Positions 8,980 to 16,474 of a stretch of 17,426 nucleotides of DNA are shown piece after piece; the stretch's first letter is position 1, and each line of letters begins with the position of its first letter. The notes under the pieces were generated by a model that saw only the letters and a program-made list of their open reading frames with translations, ran no database searches and was not told the origin of the DNA. The DNA is taken from the NCBI GenBank assembly GCA_016840095.1, contig JAEOSZ010000023.1:1-17426 (forward strand), written 5' to 3'. This stretch comes from Candidatus Heimdallarchaeota archaeon. Its GTDB lineage: Archaea > Asgardarchaeota > Heimdallarchaeia > Heimdallarchaeales > Heimdallarchaeaceae. A program made the translations under genes and the position numbers.

Positions 8980-9672
8980 ATGCCTAACAAAATGTTCAAT
9001 TCGTTTGTAATAATTTTGGGCTTTTGTTTATTAGGATTGCCTATGATTCTTATAACTATTAGCACTGCTCCACCTGGATTAGATGAATTTCAGAATTCTA
9101 TAATAATAAATACAGTTGATGGTGATGCTCAAAGTGCAATCTATCTTAATAACACAGCAAGTATAAATGGAAGTACACCTGATTACTGGGATCAGGTTTC
9201 TGGTCTTACAGAGTTATCTAACATACATAATCTAACAGAGTTAATCCTGACAGAAGAGCTCTTCATGGATAATGTTACAGTCGATGATTATGGTGGATTT
9301 AGTAAACTTGTTCATGTGTTCATTCTAGAAATGTCTATAGCTAATGCCTCTTCAAGCAGTGTAGCAAAAGAAAATTATGCTACTTTGTTTGGTTCTGACA
9401 CAGGTACATTTGTTTCATGGAAGCGGAGTCCTACAGAATGGAATTCTTCTTATTATACTGAACCTAATTATCCAGTTATCAATGATACAATCGATGAAGT
9501 ATACCTGAATTTTGGTGTGGATTTAACATATGAAGTAACAATCAGTTTCTATGCTAATATTGATATAGAAGGGGTTCAATCAGAGTTGGAATTTGTACGT
9601 TTAGCTTATCTCTCTGATATAGGTGAAGTTCTCTTCTTCTTAACAAACGAAATTGATTGGACTAATACATAG
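8980..9672 (+). CDS. Hypothetical secreted or N-terminally anchored acidic glycoprotein
   Basis: 230 aa with an N-terminal hydrophobic helix, an acidic extracellular body and 7 N-x-S/T sequons (NNT, NGS, NLT, NVT, NAS, NSS, NDT). TTTTAAAA box at 8950-8957. Confidence 0.7.
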   Translation: MPNKMFNSFVIILGFCLLGLPMILITISTAPPGLDEFQNSIIINTVDGDAQSAIYLNNTASINGSTPDYWDQVSGLTELSNIHNLTELILTEELFMDNVTVDDYGGFSKLVHVFILEMSIANASSSSVAKENYATLFGSDTGTFVSWKRSPTEWNSSYYTEPNYPVINDTIDEVYLNFGVDLTYEVTISFYANIDIEGVQSELEFVRLAYLSDIGEVLFFLTNEIDWTNT

Positions 9673-9683
9673 AAACGAAACAC

Positions 9684-9715
9684 TTATACTCTCTTTTCTA
9701 AAGAAGAGAGTGTAA
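9684..9715. promoter_or_regulatory. 12-bp-arm inverted repeat over the lipoate-ligase promoter (operator or hairpin)
   Basis: TTATACTCTCTT-TTCTAAAG-AAGAGAGTGTAA: arms match at 11 of 12 positions and end 2 bp before ATG 9718. Confidence 0.55.
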
Positions 9716-9717
9716 TA

Positions 9718-10809
9718 ATGAAAGCTGAATGGAGACTTATCGATTTAGGAGAGATAGAGTGGATAGATACTCAAGCAATCTATCATGCTTTAGCGTTGGT
9801 TCAAGAAGAACATAATACTCCGAACACATTGCTAATCAATTGGCCAAATAAACCATTTGTCTGTGTAGGCCTTCATCAGACTATAGAAAATTCTGTCGAA
9901 ACTGAATATGCTAAGTCTCATAAACTTCCAATAGTTAGAAGATCGTGTGGAGGGGGATCTGTTTATCTAGATTCAAATCAAGTTTTTTATCAGATAATTT
10001 GCAAAAAAGAGTTGTTTAGTTTCAAACTGAAAGAATTCTATGAATACTTCTTAGAACCCGTAGTAAAAACATATAGATTCTTTGGAATAGATGCTGAGTA
10101 TTCTCCAATTAATGATATAGTTTCTGAAAGTAAAAAAATAAGTGGAAATGGAGCAGTTACTTACAATGGTTCTAGGGTTCTTGTTGGTAATTTCATTTTT
10201 GAGTTTCCTTCAGCTAAGATGGCAAAAATCCTGAAAGTTCCCGATGAGAAATTTAGAGATAAGATAGCTCAGTCATTAGAAGAACGTATGGGAAGTTTTT
10301 CATATTTTCTTGAAAAACCACCTTCCAAAAACGAAGTTGTTCAGAAGTATATAGAATATTTCCAAGAGAAAATTGGAACAAAGCTTGAAATAGGAAAACT
10401 AACAGACATTGAGAAAGAAAAAATAAATGAATTAAGAATCCTCTATAAACAAGATGAATGGTTGAATTATGTAGATTATGATAAAGATTCTATGATTCAA
10501 CAAAAGATTTTAAGAGGAACTTATTTTGCCTTTTCAGAGAGAAAGTTCCAAGGAGGATTAGTTCAGTTAGGTATCCATTTTGAGAAAGATATGATTGCAG
10601 ATTTAGTCATTTCTGGAGACTTTACTATCTCTCCTCCTATGATTCTACCAGAGTTTCAAAAATATATAATTGGTACAAGAATTAACAAAGAAATTCTAAG
10701 AAAGAAATTCGAAATGTTTGAGGTTACTAAAGAAGTAGATCTTCCAGGAATAACAATTGACGAACTTGTGGAGCTGTTTTTAGATACTTACAAGAAGGTT
10801 AAGAAGTAG
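9718..10809 (+). CDS. lplA: Lipoate-protein ligase (LplA family, sLpl(AB)-like) with fused C-terminal domain
   Basis: RRSCGGGSVYLDSNQVFYQ, NDIV...KKISGNGA (catalytic Lys), VGNFIF, LKVPDEKFRDK and the C-terminal GGLV...ISGDF accessory-domain motif. Confidence 0.88.
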   Translation: MKAEWRLIDLGEIEWIDTQAIYHALALVQEEHNTPNTLLINWPNKPFVCVGLHQTIENSVETEYAKSHKLPIVRRSCGGGSVYLDSNQVFYQIICKKELFSFKLKEFYEYFLEPVVKTYRFFGIDAEYSPINDIVSESKKISGNGAVTYNGSRVLVGNFIFEFPSAKMAKILKVPDEKFRDKIAQSLEERMGSFSYFLEKPPSKNEVVQKYIEYFQEKIGTKLEIGKLTDIEKEKINELRILYKQDEWLNYVDYDKDSMIQQKILRGTYFAFSERKFQGGLVQLGIHFEKDMIADLVISGDFTISPPMILPEFQKYIIGTRINKEILRKKFEMFEVTKEVDLPGITIDELVELFLDTYKKVKK

Positions 10810-12022
10810 TTCCTTTTTTCTTGAAAATTAGTATGCTTTCTTTTTGCATGATGTTGTAAAGCCCAAAGATAATTTTTTCAATATTCTTTTCGAGTTCGTA
10901 ATTCATCCCCTTGAAAATTTCTATTGTTTTTTCGATTGTTTGTATTTCTTCTTTATCGATCCTAGCATTACCAATAATTATTGTACAATATTTGCCAGCT
11001 TTGAGAACTCGATCCATCTCAGTATAAGCTCTCTTCATGTCCTCGTCATACAATTCTATTTTTGTGGCACCTTTTCCTCTTACACCTATGAAATCATCCT
11101 TGACCTTTTCGATACTATGACCTAAAGTTTTCAATGCATGTTTATCGTTTTCAACGTAGTTTAAAGCTATAGAATAAGGAGGAGAGGTAATTATTCCATC
11201 AAAGTAATTTTCTGGGAATTCTAACTCTCTTGCGTCTTTATTGAATATTGAAACCTCCCCTAAGGAAAGATTATTTTCTTCAATACAATTTGCATAATCA
11301 ATAGTGGATGTCAGCATTTTATTAGCATTCACCAGAAAGGAATTGGAAAAATCTTTCCTTCTTCTTCTGCTTTTGTCACTATGAGCTATTAATTCTGCTA
11401 CTCTGAAGAAATTTCTAATTTCCTCTTTTTCAATTTTCGTAATTCTATCTGATATCAAAGATTCTACGTTATTATCTTTATTTTCTAATAGAAACTTGAT
11501 AAAATCCTCAAGCTGAAGTTTGAGTTGAGAAACAAAATTGAATGAATTAGTTTTTACACTTGAAACAAGATAGCAAACCTCAGAAATATCAACTCCAACG
11601 CAATTAATTCCAAGTAACTGGGCTTCTAGAGCACTTGTTCCACTTCCAATAAATGGATCAAAAATAGTCTCTCCTGAGTTGATTTGCATATAGTTCAAAA
11701 GTGCTCTAATCATCTGTGGATGAAATTTTCCTTTGTAAGGATAAATCCAATGGGTTAGATATTGATTAAGTGATCTTGTGATGTTTTTAGAAACTAACTT
11801 TGAATAAAGGGTAGGTTGATCATCTATTGTTTGAAAATAAGCTGTTCTTTTGCTAAACTTCTCTATATCGGGAATATCTAAGGCTGTAAAAGATCTAAGA
11901 CCATTTTGAGTAGAATATTCAACTTCAAAGGAGTCAAGTTCCATCATTGCCAAACCTAATTCATAAATAAATTGAACATTCCAAAAAAGTTCTAGATTTT
12001 TCTCTTCTGATAGATTTTCCAT
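10799..12022 (-). CDS. Orphan amino-DNA methyltransferase, likely N4-cytosine, alpha-type motif order
   Basis: THWIYPYKGKFHPQM (motif X region), FDPFIGSGT (motif I, SAM binding) and GVDIS, then about 140 aa of putative TRD, then DARE and ITSPPY (motif IV). No neighbouring endonuclease. Overlaps the 3' end of lplA by 11 bp. Confidence 0.85.
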   Translation of the reverse strand: MENLSEEKNLELFWNVQFIYELGLAMMELDSFEVEYSTQNGLRSFTALDIPDIEKFSKRTAYFQTIDDQPTLYSKLVSKNITRSLNQYLTHWIYPYKGKFHPQMIRALLNYMQINSGETIFDPFIGSGTSALEAQLLGINCVGVDISEVCYLVSSVKTNSFNFVSQLKLQLEDFIKFLLENKDNNVESLISDRITKIEKEEIRNFFRVAELIAHSDKSRRRRKDFSNSFLVNANKMLTSTIDYANCIEENNLSLGEVSIFNKDARELEFPENYFDGIITSPPYSIALNYVENDKHALKTLGHSIEKVKDDFIGVRGKGATKIELYDEDMKRAYTEMDRVLKAGKYCTIIIGNARIDKEEIQTIEKTIEIFKGMNYELEKNIEKIIFGLYNIMQKESILIFKKKGTTS

Positions 12023-12146
12023 TCAAATACAGCTCAGATTCAATCGATGATTCTTCTCCGCTGAATAATATCTTGACCCCTTTTTAATTTTGCTCATGCC
12101 TTTCAAGTAGGGGAAAGGTTTTAAAGAAAGCAAAATATTCCTCTGT

Positions 12147-12923
12147 GTGATGGATGAGATGATGGTTTATTGGGGCTTATTCATAGCATCTGCAGTGATT
12201 TCTGTAGGTATATTCGTGTTATTGTTCTTTATATCAGCTCCTTATGGTCGACATGTTAGAAAAGGATGGGGACCATCTATAAGTTCGAAGTGGGGATGGA
12301 TAATAATGGAGTCACCAGCGATTATCATCTTTTTTGTTCTATATGCTATAAGTGATGTTAAAGCAGAATTATTACCAATCATATTTCTTGTAATCTGGAT
12401 GCTCCATTATGTTCAGAGAGATTTAATTTTCCCATTCTTCTTAAGGACAAATAAAAGAATGCCTTTACTGATTATGACCTTTGGATTACTTTTCCAAGCT
12501 TCTAATACTTATATCCAAGCCCGATGGATTTTCCATTTTGCTTATATCAGTGATCCAACAGCTTATTCTGTATCCTGGTTGTATGATCCAAGGTTTATTG
12601 TAGGAGTACTCCTTTTCATTGGAGGATATATAATTAACCGACATGCAGATTTAGTTCTTAGAAATCTAAGAAAACCAGGAGAAAAAGGCTACAAGATACC
12701 TTTTGGTGGAATGTATAAATATATCTCAAGTCCAAATTACTTTGGTGAAATTCTTATCTGGGTAGGTTGGGGTTTAGCAGTTTGGAATTGGGCTGGTTTG
12801 TTGTTTGCATTTTGGACTTTGGCGAATTTACTACCTCGAGCAAGGTCACATCACAATTGGTACAAAGAAACATTCCCAGAGTATCCTGAAGAAAGAAAGG
12901 CAATTATACCTTTTCTCTTCTAG
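12147..12923 (+). CDS. 3-oxo-5-alpha-steroid 4-dehydrogenase (SRD5A1/2/DET2-like) integral membrane reductase
   Basis: About 7 TM segments; APYGRH, WIIMESPA, HYVQR, LRNLRKPGEKGYKIPFGGMYKYISSPNYFGE, NLLPRARSHHNWY..FPEYPEERKAIIPF. Start is GTG 12147 or ATG 12150. GAAAGG-TTTTAAAG promoter-like element at 12113-12126. Confidence 0.92.
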   Translation: MMDEMMVYWGLFIASAVISVGIFVLLFFISAPYGRHVRKGWGPSISSKWGWIIMESPAIIIFFVLYAISDVKAELLPIIFLVIWMLHYVQRDLIFPFFLRTNKRMPLLIMTFGLLFQASNTYIQARWIFHFAYISDPTAYSVSWLYDPRFIVGVLLFIGGYIINRHADLVLRNLRKPGEKGYKIPFGGMYKYISSPNYFGEILIWVGWGLAVWNWAGLLFAFWTLANLLPRARSHHNWYKETFPEYPEERKAIIPFLF

Positions 12924-13582
12924 TTATTTTCTAGATAGTTTAGAAGATCATCTTTTATCACAAGTCTATAACTTGGCTTGTATTTCTTTCTATATACAGA
13001 AGAATGATGAAGAAGAGGTATATCCGAAATCTTTTCAGAATCAGATATTAATTCAAGTACAAAATTCAACCAATGGAAGATTCTACCATACTTACGTTTT
13101 CTTTTTTGATCAATTTTTATTATACCTTTTTCATAAAACTCGATTAGTTCTATCCATCTATTAAGAAATAGACTAACATCATCTGGCATCTTATCTAGTG
13201 AAGCTAACATTAACTCCCAAATTTGTTCTGGATTATCTCCTATTTCATTTCTCCAAACGTTTAAGTTTAATCTTACAAGCTGTGTTTCTGAATTTAACAG
13301 TTCAAATAACTCTTCTTTAGGTAAAGCTTCTCCTAGATCGTTAAACTCTTCATATAAGAATTGTTTAACTCTATCAGATTTGCCAATTGTTTTCAGATGA
13401 GACCACCCACAAGCTCCTTGCATAAGAAACTTGTAGATATCTCTCCATCTTAGTTCTGGATATCTCTGTATATGAAGTATGAGTGGTTTTTCTAATACAC
13501 CTTCGGGAAGTTCTTGACTAAGATAAACAGGTATTCTTGAAATTTTTCTATTTAGTCTTTTAAAGAAAGCAATTTTATCCAT
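12920..13582 (-). CDS. Conserved hypothetical protein
   Basis: Motif-like blocks RYPEL..RDIYKFLMQGACG..HL, VRLNL and HHSSVYRKKYKPSYRLV. Start is ATG 13582 or TTG 13591. Its stop overlaps the SRD5A stop within a shared CTAG. Confidence 0.7.
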   Translation of the reverse strand: MDKIAFFKRLNRKISRIPVYLSQELPEGVLEKPLILHIQRYPELRWRDIYKFLMQGACGWSHLKTIGKSDRVKQFLYEEFNDLGEALPKEELFELLNSETQLVRLNLNVWRNEIGDNPEQIWELMLASLDKMPDDVSLFLNRWIELIEFYEKGIIKIDQKRKRKYGRIFHWLNFVLELISDSEKISDIPLLHHSSVYRKKYKPSYRLVIKDDLLNYLENN

Positions 13583-13692
13583 CGGTTTCAAATAATCATA
13601 AACTTAACCAAAGTAAAACCTTTCTCTTCATCTTAAAATCACAGAAGCTTTATAAGATAAAATCTATTTATAGAGGTATTAGAAGTGATTTT

Positions 13693-15072
13693 ATGCGAAG
13701 AAAAGAGAAAATATTAACACTTTCGATTGTATTTGCATTGTTCTTCCTTTCTTCTCAGCTATCAGTGAATCAAGTAAAATCTGAAAGCTTAGACTTAGGG
13801 GAGAATTTTGTAATAAATGCTTCATCACCAGATGGAATAACTATTAATGGTGATGGAGATTTTGTAACTTATGCAGTTTCAGGAGATGGAGGTTCATCAA
13901 CCCCCTGGATTATCAGAGATTTGGATATTGATACATCAGATTTGTATGCTTTGAGAATAGTAGATACTACTCATCATTTTGAGATTAGGAATTGTACATT
14001 GAAATCTAATAATTGGGGTATTTATCTTGATAACGTAGCTGGAGGAACATCAAGAATAGAAAATAATACTGTTTATGAATGCAATTCAGTAGCAATCTAT
14101 CTAATGGATACAAATGGATCTTGGATTGTAGATAATAATTTGATTGACAATCATAGAGGTATTTCGACGTACTACTGTTATGTTACCCATATAATTGATA
14201 ATTATCTTAACAATAGAGATGCAGGGATTTTCTCAAGATACTCACCTTATACAAGTCTATCAGGGAATCAAATGTATGGAGATGGTTTTGAAATTGACGA
14301 TGATTCTGTTGAAGATCTCTTGACCATTGCAGTATCTACAACAACAGTAAATGATAAACCTTTATTGTTTTCAAAAAGTGCAGTAGGTTCAATTCCATCA
14401 GATGACTATGGACAAATAATTCTTGTGAATGGGTCTTCTGTGGTCATTGATTTTCAAGATATAATGGATGTAGACATAGGAATTTCATTATGGTATTGTA
14501 AAGAAGTGCATGTAACTGACTGTACTTTTGATAATGTTCAAGTGGGAGTTGAAATGATTAATGCAGAGAGCTGTTCTGTTACTTCATGCTCATTCTTTGA
14601 TGGAAGTGACGGAGTATTTTTAGATGATGGATATGATAATTTGATTTACTTAAATACTTTCGAACAACTTAGTAATGGAGTTGGAATTTCAGCATCTAAT
14701 TATACTAGAGTAGTTGCTAATGACTTCTACAATAATTCTCAAGAAGGAGCATATTTTGATGGAAGTCATCATAGTCAAATTTACTGGAACAACTTTACAG
14801 ATAATAATAACGAGAATATTCAAGCATATGACTCTGATGGAAGCAACAATACATGGTACAACAGCGTGACACAAGAAGGAAACTACTGGGACGACTTTGT
14901 TTCTGGAACATATCCTATTGATGGTGATTCCGGTTCTGAAGATTTATATCCACTTTCTGGACCTTATATTCTTATTCCAGAATTTTCATTCGAAATGCTT
15001 GGTTTATGGGGTTTGTTGATATCAATAACCTTCTTCTTGATTTTAATACCTTACTTTAGAAAGAGAAAATAA
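13693..15072 (+). CDS. Right-handed parallel beta-helix (NosD/CASH-like) cell-surface protein with a PEF-CTERM-like sorting tail
   Basis: Signal peptide; GDGGSSTPWII cap; repeated GIYL/I.NN beta-helix rungs; GNYWDD and DLYPL closing motifs; C-terminal IPEF, TM helix and RKRK. TATA-like TTTATAAG at 13649-13656. Confidence 0.88.
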   Translation: MRRKEKILTLSIVFALFFLSSQLSVNQVKSESLDLGENFVINASSPDGITINGDGDFVTYAVSGDGGSSTPWIIRDLDIDTSDLYALRIVDTTHHFEIRNCTLKSNNWGIYLDNVAGGTSRIENNTVYECNSVAIYLMDTNGSWIVDNNLIDNHRGISTYYCYVTHIIDNYLNNRDAGIFSRYSPYTSLSGNQMYGDGFEIDDDSVEDLLTIAVSTTTVNDKPLLFSKSAVGSIPSDDYGQIILVNGSSVVIDFQDIMDVDIGISLWYCKEVHVTDCTFDNVQVGVEMINAESCSVTSCSFFDGSDGVFLDDGYDNLIYLNTFEQLSNGVGISASNYTRVVANDFYNNSQEGAYFDGSHHSQIYWNNFTDNNNENIQAYDSDGSNNTWYNSVTQEGNYWDDFVSGTYPIDGDSGSEDLYPLSGPYILIPEFSFEMLGLWGLLISITFFLILIPYFRKRK

Positions 15073-15074
15073 TC

Positions 15075-15089
15075 TTTTTCTTCTTTTTT
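15075..15089 (+). terminator. Oligo-T tract, putative terminator
   Basis: TTTTTCTTCTTTTTT immediately after the TAA stop. Confidence 0.5.
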
Positions 15090-15109
15090 CTCCTCCCGAT
15101 TTCTTTAAA

Positions 15110-15117
15110 TTTATATA
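15110..15117 (+). promoter_or_regulatory. TATA box of the zinc-ribbon gene (leaderless)
   Basis: TAAA-TTTATATA ends 24 bp before ATG 15142. Confidence 0.55.
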
Positions 15118-15141
15118 TGTGAACGTTCAAGTAAGAATTGT

Positions 15142-15441
15142 ATGAGTGAAATATTTTGTCCAAATTGCGGAAGCAAACATACTGCTAAGGGTAAGTTCTG
15201 TGAATACTGCGGTACAGACTTAGAAGACGTAATTGTTGAATATAAGAGCCAAGAACTTCCAGTACGATATCAAGCTCCTGTTCAACAGAGTGGTCCGACA
15301 ACTCCTCAATATCAACAACAGTATAGTCAGAGAGATAGCTATGATGATAGAAGACACAGAAGGAGAGGTGATGGAGGATTCTTGGATGTTCTGTTCAGTA
15401 TCCTATTCTTCTGGATGTGCTGTGGACCCGATTGTGATTAG
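15142..15441 (+). CDS. Zinc-ribbon protein with P/Q/Y-rich linker, Arg patch and hydrophobic Cys-rich C-terminal tail
   Basis: CPNCG...FCEYCG ribbon, then YQAPVQQSGPTTPQYQQQYSQ, RRHRRRGDGG and FLDVLFSILFFWMCCGPDCD; has its own TATA box. Confidence 0.8.
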   Translation: MSEIFCPNCGSKHTAKGKFCEYCGTDLEDVIVEYKSQELPVRYQAPVQQSGPTTPQYQQQYSQRDSYDDRRHRRRGDGGFLDVLFSILFFWMCCGPDCD

Positions 15442-15456
15442 CTATAAATGGCTAGT

Positions 15457-16392
15457 TTAATCTGAAGAATATACCCTCACTTTTTTATTTATTCTAATCA
15501 ATACGATAAGTAGTAAACTACTAAATAAAGAATTTAGAGAAATTCTAGTTTTGAATACTTCTGAACCCTCTTCCTCTAAGAACATGTTCCATGTAATTTC
15601 TTTTAACAAAACTACTTCATCACTGAAATTTGAGTATAATTTACCTTTATCTTGAAAGCTATACAATTCTCCCTTTTCAGAATATTTGTATTCAATTTGG
15701 TGATTTTCAAAGACTGCTTGGTAATCGAAGTATTGTCCCCCTTCGAAGCTAATTTTAAAATTATGACCTGAATATCTGTTTCTTCTATATTTAAATTCTG
15801 TATCGTAAAGAAAATCAAAAACAGTGAAACTTCCATCCTCTATTGTGGAGTAATCCATTTTAAGGGTAAAATTAACCGAAGTCATTGGCAGGAAAATTCC
15901 AAATAAACCAAACCACAAATAATTGGTTAGAAAAACTTGTAATATATCAAAAGGTATTTTGTAATCAAAGTAGTTTGCATAGTGATCTGACCTTGCATTT
16001 ACGATAAATAACTGATTTTCATTTTGGTTATATTCGTATCCAAATGCAACTGTATCGGTAACTGGTTCATAATCAAATTTTTCATACAAACACATGTTAT
16101 AGCAAATAAAGTCTTGACATTTGAGAAAAGCTAGAATCTTACTACTTTCTGATGATCGGAAAAAAAGAGTATCATTGATTGTAGTTAGATTATAGAAGAA
16201 ATAATCTACATCAATAATAGCAGTATCAATTACATTTCCTAATGAATCATAAATAGACGTTTCTTTGTAATAGCTATACCTGTAGAAATTGCTAAACTCA
16301 CTCCAAGATTTGACAGAAGTTTGAGATACTATAGCAAATTGACAGAAGACTAGCATAATAACCAAGGTGATAGCTATTCCTCTGTGTTTCAT
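15457..16392 (-). CDS. Hypothetical secreted protein with C-terminal TM anchor
   Basis: Signal peptide MKHRGIAITLVIMLVF; Tyr/Phe-rich beta-strand body; C-terminal LFSSLLLIVLI followed by RINKKVR; sequons NLT, NDT, NFT, NFS. Confidence 0.72.
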   Translation of the reverse strand: MKHRGIAITLVIMLVFCQFAIVSQTSVKSWSEFSNFYRYSYYKETSIYDSLGNVIDTAIIDVDYFFYNLTTINDTLFFRSSESSKILAFLKCQDFICYNMCLYEKFDYEPVTDTVAFGYEYNQNENQLFIVNARSDHYANYFDYKIPFDILQVFLTNYLWFGLFGIFLPMTSVNFTLKMDYSTIEDGSFTVFDFLYDTEFKYRRNRYSGHNFKISFEGGQYFDYQAVFENHQIEYKYSEKGELYSFQDKGKLYSNFSDEVVLLKEITWNMFLEEEGSEVFKTRISLNSLFSSLLLIVLIRINKKVRVYSSD

Positions 16393-16474
16393 GTAGAATT
16401 ATACTCGTACTCATTATTTAGTCTTACTAGCACTCGAGCAATACTTAAAAATCAAAAAATCATATATTCTAACT

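Noticed and set aside
13693-15072. True NosD (nitrous oxide reductase maturation) linked to copA
   Set aside because: There are no nosZ/F/Y/L genes, and the signal peptide plus sorting tail fit a generic archaeal surface beta-helix protein.
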